Virus record (IMG/VR): IMGVR_UViG_3300027418_000370
From: a virus
DNA length: 64,000 bases
Strand: one strand, 5' to 3'
The notes under the pieces are model-generated. The model made no database searches. It saw only the letters and a list, made by a program, of their open reading frames with translations, and was not told where the DNA came from. The number at the start of each line of letters is the position of its first letter. The first letter of the stretch is position 1. The position numbers were made by a program, and so were the translations under genes. This document shows positions 56,311 to 64,000 of the stretch, piece by piece.

Positions 56311-59300
56311 ATGGCAATTACAGTTAGTGACGTATATATTAGACCGGGGGATACTAATGATCCATTCGGGTATATAGAGCAGATTAGAGGTGGCTGGATT
56401 ACAGTTGCTGATTCTGCTTCTATGGCTGCTATTCCTTTTGAAAGAGCAAAAGATGGGCAGATTGCGTATCTACAAGATGAAAAACTGTTTTACATTGCCA
56501 CTAAGGTTGCTGCATCTCAAACATTTGACCCAGGTCCACCTCCTAGCGTAGTATCAACACCAGCTAGCCTTACATGGAAAGTACTTCCATTCTCTGGTTC
56601 ATTCAGTGGTTCATTCCAAGGTGATGGCTCAGGCTTAACAGGAGTAGGTGGAGTACCAGGCGGTGATATAACACAGCTTCAATTCTACAGCTCATCTACA
56701 GATGGAGCAGCTTTTGGAGGAGCAGAAGTATATTATATTAGCTCAAGTGGTAACTTAGGTATTGGTATAAGCAATCCAACTGCTAAATTACATGTAGACG
56801 GTGATGCAATTATTACCGGTACATTAACTGCACAGGAATTTCATACCGAGTTCGTTTCTGCTTCCATTATATACCAATCGGGATCTACAAAATTCGGTGA
56901 CTCTGCTGATGATAACCATGCATTCACAGGGTCTATCAACATATCAGGCTCCATAACAGCAACAAGTAAAATCACATCTCCTGAATTCTCAGGATCCTTC
57001 TCAGGCTCTTTCCAAGGTGATGGATCTAACTTAACTGGAATCGCTTCTACATTAGCTCTGTCAGGATCTACAGGTAACGATTTAGTTAACTTGAAAACTG
57101 ATGCCTTAAAGATAACAGGCTCGGTCAATAACGTAGATGTAGCTGTTACAAACAATCAAGCTGCTATTAGCGTATCACAGAATCTAACCTTATCTAATGT
57201 TAACTTAACAGGTTCATTCAAAGGAGACGGTTCTAACTTAACTGGAATTGCTTCTACATTAGCTTTATCAGGATCTACAGGTAACGATTTAGTTAACCTC
57301 AAAACTGATGCGTTAACTATCACAGGTTCAGCTAGGAACATAGACGTAGCAATTACCGATAATAAAGCTGCAATCACAGTAGCAGACAACCTACAGTTAG
57401 GTAACGTAGAACTAACAGGTTCATTTAAAGGTAACTTTAGTGGCTCCATTACTGCTGTAATTGAAAATGCCGTAACAGCATCTTATGTATTAAATGCAGT
57501 AAGTGCTTCTTATGCTTCAAGTGCTACTAGCTCTTCTTATGCCCTTACTGCTTCATATGTACCGGGTTATGTTAGAGATAGTGGAGGTCAGACAGATGAG
57601 ATAGCAATCTGGAGTTCTACAGATCAAATCTCAGGCTCTCAAGGATTCTTTGTAAGTAGGTCCTACGGAGGTAATGTCTCTACTATCCTAGACGGATACT
57701 ATTACGCAGAGAATAACGGAGGTTTCGTAGCCCACAGTGTTGCAGACGATTCAGGATCTAAATCTACCATTGGAATGTACGATCCAGGGACCGGTACTGC
57801 AATTATTTATGCAGGCTCAGGTTCAGGTCAGGTAGTAGGAGCAATTAAGTTTGCTGTTAACGCTTTAGACCAAGCATACGCTATTGGTGTTAACATCTCT
57901 CCTAACAAAGCTAATACTTTACGTATTGAACCTACAGTAGAGCTACTAGCCGGTATGTCTGGATCATTCAGTGGTTCGTTCTACGGTCAGTTTGTGGGAT
58001 TAATTGATAGCGCTTCTTATGCAGTCTATGCAGTTAATGCAACAACAGCATCTTACTCACTTACATCTACTTCAGCATCTTACGCTCTTACAGCTACTAG
58101 TGCTTCGCATGCAGTTAATGCATTGAGCGCTTCTTACGCTGCAACAAGCACCTCGGCTTCTCATGCACTCTTTGCTAATAGCGCTACTACTGCCTCATTT
58201 GCTGCCTCATCGTTAACTGCCTCCTACTTTACAGGCTCGCATATAGACTTTACACCTCGAGTAGCAGGATCAGAACCAGCTCATCGAGCAGGTAGAGTAT
58301 TTTACGATGCTACCGAAGGAGCATTAGCAGTCTATAACGATGTTGCTGATGTAACAATGCAAGTAGGTCAGGAGTTCTGGATTAGAGCAATTAATAAGTC
58401 AGGAAACCCTATCTTAAATGGAACACCGGTGCGTATCTCAGGCTCCACAGGAGACAGGCCTAATATCTGGCCAGCAGTAGCTGAAAACCACATAGTCTCA
58501 CAGTTTGGAAGGGAGAATCATATTATAGGTGTTGCTACAAACGATATTGCTGATAATGCTACAGGATACATAACCGCACAAGGTATTGTACGTAAATTAA
58601 ATACAACAGCATTTACTGCCGGAGATACTCTATACCTCCAGACAGGATCGGCAGGGTTTAGAAACACACCACCTCCTTTCCCTTATGATGTAGTAAGAGT
58701 AGGCTGGGTAACAAAGGTAAATGCCGGTAATGGTCTGATTTTTGTAGAACCTAAATCACCAGTACACCTTAGAGATATAGCCGTAATCTCAGGATCAGAA
58801 AACACAGTAACATATGACGTTCTAGTTAAGAATGCAAACGGAGGATTCGCACCACGTCATAATAATATGATTCTCTCAGGCTCTTTCTCAGGTAGCTTTG
58901 CTGGTACTATTGATAGAGCTGTTTCATCCTCTCATGCAATCCAGGCTGATAGTGCTAGCTTTGCAGTAACATCCTCTTATGCTTTGAAAGCTGAGAGCGT
59001 AGGACAGCTAAATCAAGACGTTGTTATTACTGGAGATTTAACAGTTTTCGGTTCTTCATCATTCTACCACGTTACTTCCTCGCAATTAGACGTTGATTCT
59101 GCTTTCATTAGCGTTAACGTATTTGAACCTATAGAGAGATTTGGAGGCTTAAGAGTATACGACTCAGGATCAAGTGATGCTACAGCATCTTTTGCTTGGG
59201 ATTCCCTACACGATCACTGGGTATATCAGAACGTTAGTGGATCTACATACTCAGGAGCTATGTTTATGTCTGGTCCTAGAAATACAGGATCATTAGGAGA

Positions 59301-61152
59301 AGAACCCACACTAACTAAGTGGTATGTAGCAAGATCAGACGGCGGAGACCATTTGGAGAACTCACAAATCTGGTCAAGCGGCTCAGATCATATCGTATAC
59401 GGAGATTTATTTACCACAGGAACTACTTCTGGTTCATTTGTAGGTGACGGTTCAGGATTATTTGGTGTAGCTGCCAACCCAGCCGGACTGGATAAATCAG
59501 TACAGTTTAAGAGCGGATCAGTAACAGGAGGAGCTAGTAACTTCTTCTACGACCACACAAGTGCAAAAGTAGGTATCGGTACTGCTTCACCAACTACTAC
59601 ATTAGAAGTTGCAGGAATAGTGACAACTAAAGGGCATACGCTTGTTGGCAACTACGCAAACTTTACTTCCTTACCAGGAGCCGGTATTTACTCCTCTAAT
59701 GTATCATTTGATTCAGGAATAGGAGCTTTACTTCTAGCATCTAGAACAGATGCCGAAAACGTAATTGCCTTTGGCACCAATAACGGTACGTCAATGGGTG
59801 AGAGAATGCGTATTACCGGGGTAGGCAGAGTAGGGATAGGCACAACCTCACCAGCTGCTCTACTAACAGTAAGTAATACTACAGATAACGGAGCAGCAGT
59901 AAGAGTACAGAGAACAAATGCACTGTCTGGTTCTTATACAGAACTAGGAACAGTAGGAGGATCTGGTAGAATTGAATCTTTCAACGGTAACTTAACCATT
60001 GGAGCTGATGCTTCTAATACAGATAGCAGTAGTGTTATTCAGTTTAAAGTTGATAACTCTGAAAAAGTACGCATCACTAGTACTGGCAATGTAGGTCTCG
60101 GCACCACTACTCCTACCTCAGGCAGTTTACAGATTTACAACACTACCGGTACAAACCATATAGTATTTGACGGAGGTGCCAGCACCGCAAATTCATATAT
60201 AGGAGCTTTCGCAGGCGGTATGTACTTGTCTACCAACTACTATTACGATAGCGGACATAGAAATGATATAGGATCTCTAAGAAGTATGGAGATTTTTATG
60301 GGTGACGACCTACTTCAAATCGCCACTATGCCATCAGGATCGCCCGGCACCCGAACTAGAGTGATGGTAATCTCAGGCTCTCAGGGATACGTAGGTGTAG
60401 GTACAACAGCTCCTTCAGCTCAATTACACGTCTACTCTACAGGTAACGGTGAGCTTGAAGTTCAAAGAGCATCCGGAGCATTATTTAATGTTCAAGCACA
60501 ATCTTCTTTAGCAGCTATTGGTACTGATTCTAATCATCCACTATACCTTAAGACTAACGCAGGTACTAGAGCACAGATATCAACAGGAGGTGCTTTAAGA
60601 CTTAATAACTACGGTTCAGGAACTCAGACAGGCACTGCTACCAAATCACTAGCCGTAGATTCATCCGGTAACGTAATTGAGATTGATGTATCATCAAACG
60701 GTACTGGTGTAGCCAATGAAGTAGCATTCTGGAAAGATACAGATACAGTATCAGGATCTCAGGCATTGACTTGGGACGGTACTACCCTATCCATCAACGG
60801 TATCTTAGAAGCAAATGAGAAATCATTTGTGATTGATCATCCTACTCAACCAGGTAAGAAACTTGTGTACGGAGTCTTAGAAGGACCAGAACACGCAGTG
60901 TACTGTAGAGGAAAGATTAACGGTAACGTAATCGAATTACCGGAAGAATGGACGGGATTAGTACATGAAGATAGCATCACTGTGCAATTAACTTCAATTG
61001 GTAAGCATCAAAACCTTTATGTAGTAGATGTTAGAGATAACAGAGTATTTATTAAAAACGGAGACCTACTAACTAGTAAGATCAATGCTTACTACTACAT
61101 ACAAGGCACCCGTAAAGACACTAAACCTTTACAAACCGTTAGAGATAAGTAA
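56311..61152 (+). CDS. Long tail fibre with C-terminal chaperone-like domain
   Basis: GNVGIGTT.P repeats; C-terminal KSFVIDHP..GKKL.YG.LEGPE..VY.RG..IELPE.W. Confidence 0.8.
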   Translation: MAITVSDVYIRPGDTNDPFGYIEQIRGGWITVADSASMAAIPFERAKDGQIAYLQDEKLFYIATKVAASQTFDPGPPPSVVSTPASLTWKVLPFSGSFSGSFQGDGSGLTGVGGVPGGDITQLQFYSSSTDGAAFGGAEVYYISSSGNLGIGISNPTAKLHVDGDAIITGTLTAQEFHTEFVSASIIYQSGSTKFGDSADDNHAFTGSINISGSITATSKITSPEFSGSFSGSFQGDGSNLTGIASTLALSGSTGNDLVNLKTDALKITGSVNNVDVAVTNNQAAISVSQNLTLSNVNLTGSFKGDGSNLTGIASTLALSGSTGNDLVNLKTDALTITGSARNIDVAITDNKAAITVADNLQLGNVELTGSFKGNFSGSITAVIENAVTASYVLNAVSASYASSATSSSYALTASYVPGYVRDSGGQTDEIAIWSSTDQISGSQGFFVSRSYGGNVSTILDGYYYAENNGGFVAHSVADDSGSKSTIGMYDPGTGTAIIYAGSGSGQVVGAIKFAVNALDQAYAIGVNISPNKANTLRIEPTVELLAGMSGSFSGSFYGQFVGLIDSASYAVYAVNATTASYSLTSTSASYALTATSASHAVNALSASYAATSTSASHALFANSATTASFAASSLTASYFTGSHIDFTPRVAGSEPAHRAGRVFYDATEGALAVYNDVADVTMQVGQEFWIRAINKSGNPILNGTPVRISGSTGDRPNIWPAVAENHIVSQFGRENHIIGVATNDIADNATGYITAQGIVRKLNTTAFTAGDTLYLQTGSAGFRNTPPPFPYDVVRVGWVTKVNAGNGLIFVEPKSPVHLRDIAVISGSENTVTYDVLVKNANGGFAPRHNNMILSGSFSGSFAGTIDRAVSSSHAIQADSASFAVTSSYALKAESVGQLNQDVVITGDLTVFGSSSFYHVTSSQLDVDSAFISVNVFEPIERFGGLRVYDSGSSDATASFAWDSLHDHWVYQNVSGSTYSGAMFMSGPRNTGSLGEEPTLTKWYVARSDGGDHLENSQIWSSGSDHIVYGDLFTTGTTSGSFVGDGSGLFGVAANPAGLDKSVQFKSGSVTGGASNFFYDHTSAKVGIGTASPTTTLEVAGIVTTKGHTLVGNYANFTSLPGAGIYSSNVSFDSGIGALLLASRTDAENVIAFGTNNGTSMGERMRITGVGRVGIGTTSPAALLTVSNTTDNGAAVRVQRTNALSGSYTELGTVGGSGRIESFNGNLTIGADASNTDSSSVIQFKVDNSEKVRITSTGNVGLGTTTPTSGSLQIYNTTGTNHIVFDGGASTANSYIGAFAGGMYLSTNYYYDSGHRNDIGSLRSMEIFMGDDLLQIATMPSGSPGTRTRVMVISGSQGYVGVGTTAPSAQLHVYSTGNGELEVQRASGALFNVQAQSSLAAIGTDSNHPLYLKTNAGTRAQISTGGALRLNNYGSGTQTGTATKSLAVDSSGNVIEIDVSSNGTGVANEVAFWKDTDTVSGSQALTWDGTTLSINGILEANEKSFVIDHPTQPGKKLVYGVLEGPEHAVYCRGKINGNVIELPEEWTGLVHEDSITVQLTSIGKHQNLYVVDVRDNRVFIKNGDLLTSKINAYYYIQGTRKDTKPLQTVRDK

Positions 61153-61155
61153 GTT

Positions 61156-62322
61156 ATGGCTCATCATCATTCACCAAAAGCAGTAGTAGATAACCTCGAG
61201 GTATTTTACGACGCAACTAATACATTCAGGTCGTATAAAGGAGAACCTACAACTAATATCGTCACTACCACTCCGTCTCAAGGAGGATGGGGTGGAACTT
61301 ACTCTACACTAAGTAGTGAAGAGAAAAGTTTTAGGTTTATTATTACTAGCTGGTCTGGAACTCCTGGTGCTGCCTGGAGAAGCTACCTATGGGATGTATC
61401 AGCCTATACCGGACAAAATGTAACTATTTCTGCTACTTTTGAATCTGCAAATGAAGCTACAGCAGATTTTAGCTGGATAATGGTTGGACAAACCACCGGC
61501 ACCCAGACATACCTAGGTTACTCAGCAGGGAGTCAGAGAAACATTAAATACGGTAATACTAGAGAACGTATTAGCTGGAGTGGCACAGTAGGGGATGGAC
61601 AGAAAGTAGGATTTACAGTCTGGGCAGATAACGGAACAGGAACATTCTCAGTGGATGTTTCTAATGTACAGATTGAGATTGGTAAATCACACCCTACTCC
61701 GTTTGTAAACGGTACTCGAGCTTCAACAGCAGCACTACTGGATATGACCGGTAACCGTACTCTTGAACTTTCAGGTGTTAGTTTTAATGCAAATGCAGAA
61801 CCAGAGTTTGACGGCAGTAATGATTTAATTACCTTTGGAGGTTCCGCTAATATTGTTAATAAGTCTTATACCATTGAAGCAGTATTTAATAGATACTCTA
61901 CAAATAGAGTAGACGGTATCATAGGAGACGCACAGTACCACTGGTTTAGCTTCTACGTTAATTCTAGTAATCAATTATACCTATTTCATAGACGAAACTC
62001 ACCATATACAGATAACGGAGCAATTAGTGCAACAGGATTAGTAGGTACAGGGTACCATCATGCTATTGGAGTATTTGATATAAATGCCGGTATGAGAGTG
62101 TATTTAAATGGACAGCTCGTTGCAAGTAATACCAACACCACAGCATTTGATTTAGCAGGGAGAGGTCCACAGTATATTGGACAGCATCGAGGAGGAGCTC
62201 CTTCAAGCCCTTCTGTAATGTCAGGTCAAATTCCGTTACTAAAAATTCACCTAAATAAAGCATTTACTCCTATGGAAGTAGAGCAGAGTTATTTAGCAGT
62301 AAAATCAAGATTTGGAATATGA
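61156..62322 (+). CDS. Virion protein with C-terminal LamG/ConA-like domain
   Basis: FDGSND, YTIEAVF, YHH..GVFD, VYLNGQLV, EVEQSY.A.KSRFG. Confidence 0.8.
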   Translation: MAHHHSPKAVVDNLEVFYDATNTFRSYKGEPTTNIVTTTPSQGGWGGTYSTLSSEEKSFRFIITSWSGTPGAAWRSYLWDVSAYTGQNVTISATFESANEATADFSWIMVGQTTGTQTYLGYSAGSQRNIKYGNTRERISWSGTVGDGQKVGFTVWADNGTGTFSVDVSNVQIEIGKSHPTPFVNGTRASTAALLDMTGNRTLELSGVSFNANAEPEFDGSNDLITFGGSANIVNKSYTIEAVFNRYSTNRVDGIIGDAQYHWFSFYVNSSNQLYLFHRRNSPYTDNGAISATGLVGTGYHHAIGVFDINAGMRVYLNGQLVASNTNTTAFDLAGRGPQYIGQHRGGAPSSPSVMSGQIPLLKIHLNKAFTPMEVEQSYLAVKSRFGI

Positions 62323-62534
62323 GAATAGAAGAAGAAATTATTGGTGGAGTTGTGTATAAGAAGTACATCATAGAAGAATCTGATTTAGCTACTCAAGAGC
62401 AGAGAGATACTTGGGAGGTTGTATGTCAGTCTTGCGAGCATGTACAGGAAGACGGAACATGTGGAGCCTGTGGATGTATAAGAGAAGCTTTAATGAACTT
62501 AGTAACTTCAACTTGCCCGGAAGGCAAATGGTAA
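62319..62534 (+). CDS. Small Cys-rich metal-binding protein
   Basis: CxxC..CxxCGC..CPxGKW. Confidence 0.7.
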   Translation: MRIEEEIIGGVVYKKYIIEESDLATQEQRDTWEVVCQSCEHVQEDGTCGACGCIREALMNLVTSTCPEGKW

Positions 62535-62535
62535 G

Positions 62536-63099
62536 ATGGCAACAGGATACGGCATACGATCAACATTAGTAACATCAAACCAAGTCTGGTCAGTAGCTCT
62601 TGGTAGCTACGATAGTATTGTTACTGCTGAGACCGGTAATGTAGGTCCTAATGGAGGATATCAAATAAAGACCACATACACCGGTTACGGATGTTCTTCG
62701 TCCGGTATTTACATAGAGTTGAGTGACTCTATTCCGTGGACAAACATTACTTACGAATTAATATTAGAAGGTAATTCTGCTTGCTGGACATTTAACGAAA
62801 ATGCGTATGCTCCCGGGAGTGCACTAGGAAACCTCCTAACCTACGATGAGAGTGCCGGAGATAGAATCAGCCGTCCGCTTAATAGCTGGGAAATACCAGC
62901 ATTTCAATCTCATGCAAAAACTTCCGCTTGTGATAACAACTCCAATAACTTTTACCACGGAAGCTTCAATACCAATAACCCAAAAACTTTCTTCATACAA
63001 AGAAGAAGAAACGTTAACGGATCAAAAGCAGGACCTCAGATAGGTAGAGCATGTACAGGTACAGGTACAACAATCATACGTAATATAAGAATCTGGTAA
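62536..63099 (+). CDS. Hypothetical virion-associated protein
   Basis: Coupled ORF in LamG cluster; four Cys. Confidence 0.55.
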   Translation: MATGYGIRSTLVTSNQVWSVALGSYDSIVTAETGNVGPNGGYQIKTTYTGYGCSSSGIYIELSDSIPWTNITYELILEGNSACWTFNENAYAPGSALGNLLTYDESAGDRISRPLNSWEIPAFQSHAKTSACDNNSNNFYHGSFNTNNPKTFFIQRRRNVNGSKAGPQIGRACTGTGTTIIRNIRIW

Positions 63100-63100
63100 C

Positions 63101-63748
63101 ATGGGAGCATACGGAGGACCAGACGTACCAACAGACGGATTAGTGATGCATGTAGATGCAGCTAATACAAAATCCTACCCCGGAGGTAGCACTTGGTACG
63201 ATCTATCAGGTAACGGACATAATATTTCCTTAGGAACTTCAGTAGCAGCATCCGCCTTTAACGATATACAGGTGCTGCACTTCCCTCAAGACGGAAACGG
63301 GTATGGAAGAAATAGCAGCATGAATTTAGCTTCAAGCAACTTTACAGTTATAAGCTGGGTACGAAAGCTTTCCACAGGAAACAGTGGGAGAACTATTACT
63401 GCCTGGAATAACAACTGGCTACTTGCCCACCACGATACAACTTACGGGGATTATTATGCAGAAGGATGGGTAAACGATGTAGGTTCACCATCATCCGATG
63501 CTACTTGGAGAATGTTTACCGGTCAAGGTCATATTTCTAACGATCAGTACAGCTTATATATCAACACTACCCTGACAGTTAGTAACAGCAACGCAGGATC
63601 TCAAGGTCCTAACGGATGGAATCTAAACAACCAGTATAGCCAGTATTCAAACTGTGAGATTGCAAATCTTATTTGCTACAACAGGGTATTAACAGACAGA
63701 GAAGTTACTCAAATTTATAATGCCCACCGTACAAGGTTTGGATTATAA
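63101..63748 (+). CDS. LamG/ConA-like domain virion protein
   Basis: GLVMHVDAANTKSYPG.STWYDLSGNG ... YNRVLTD.EV.QIYNA..RFG. Confidence 0.85.
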   Translation: MGAYGGPDVPTDGLVMHVDAANTKSYPGGSTWYDLSGNGHNISLGTSVAASAFNDIQVLHFPQDGNGYGRNSSMNLASSNFTVISWVRKLSTGNSGRTITAWNNNWLLAHHDTTYGDYYAEGWVNDVGSPSSDATWRMFTGQGHISNDQYSLYINTTLTVSNSNAGSQGPNGWNLNNQYSQYSNCEIANLICYNRVLTDREVTQIYNAHRTRFGL

Positions 63749-63787
63749 CAATAGGTAGTAAGTTCTATTTATACTTAAAGATAGTTC

Positions 63788-64000
63788 ATGGCCGACATCA
63801 GGATTATACCCGCCTTAGGGGCGATCAACGTTACAGGTAGTGCAGATTTCAAAGGAACCGGTAATTCCTCTGTTTTATTTGTATCAGGATCCGGTAATGT
63901 CGGAGTAGGAACAACTAATCCTACTTCTAAACTTCATGTAGCAGGTGCTATTAAAGCAACTTCGGTAACTGGCCATGTTTTAGGTACAAGTACCGATACT
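63788..64000 (+). CDS. Tail fibre-like protein (truncated by window)
   Basis: MADIRIIP...LFVSGSGNVGVGTTNPTSKLHVAG; late promoter at 63766. Confidence 0.7.
   Translation, partial: MADIRIIPALGAINVTGSADFKGTGNSSVLFVSGSGNVGVGTTNPTSKLHVAGAIKATSVTGHVLGTSTDT

Noticed and set aside
8197-62263. Many minus-strand ORFs of 60-130 aa
   Set aside because: Antisense shadows of long + strand genes, with no promoters or motifs. Only 1254..1631 is supported.
48092-63748. Diversity-generating retroelement acting on fibres
   Set aside because: No reverse transcriptase in the window. Repeats are in-frame coding copies differing at synonymous sites, not adenine-specific TR/VR pairs.
1-64000. CRISPR array, tRNA or rRNA genes
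   Set aside because: No regularly spaced repeat-spacer array or cloverleaf recognised by eye. Intergenic gaps are short. tRNAscan was not run.
1-64000. Stop-codon reassignment
   Set aside because: Core genes are full length in code 11, and TAG (27143, 35850) and TGA act as real stops.

Overview
This is a 64-kb segment of a large dsDNA myovirus with a T4-like head module. Nearly every gene is on the + strand, in the standard code. A Bacteroidota (probably Flavobacteriia-like) host is inferred from -33/-7-type promoters, A-rich initiation regions without Shine-Dalgarno sequences, and an Hc1-like gene. Layout: (1-4.5 kb) small early genes under GTTG-N20-TAnnTT promoters; (4.5-20.8 kb) gp55-like late sigma, baseplate and tail genes; (20.8-23 kb) GIY-YIG nuclease, primase, PD-(D/E)XK nuclease; (23-33.6 kb) a late-transcribed cluster of enzymes and modular proteins with prohead-protease-type leaders; (33.6-48 kb) possible spanin pair, TerL, portal, prohead protease, Hc1-like protein, scaffold, major capsid protein, PhoH and neck; (48-64 kb) giant tail fibre and LamG genes. 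Best candidates for undescribed biology: (a) a putative head-packaged, protease-processed enzyme cargo cassette; (b) a [ST]-[GAS]-S motif pervasive in outer virion proteins but absent from TerL and portal, a candidate modification sequon; (c) a pseudoknotted RNA hiding a strong SD and a 3-codon mini-ORF at 30204-30296; (d) an antisense-flanked, 5'-3' paired membrane-protein cassette at 1210-1792. All family calls are by eye from motifs, and no database searches were run.
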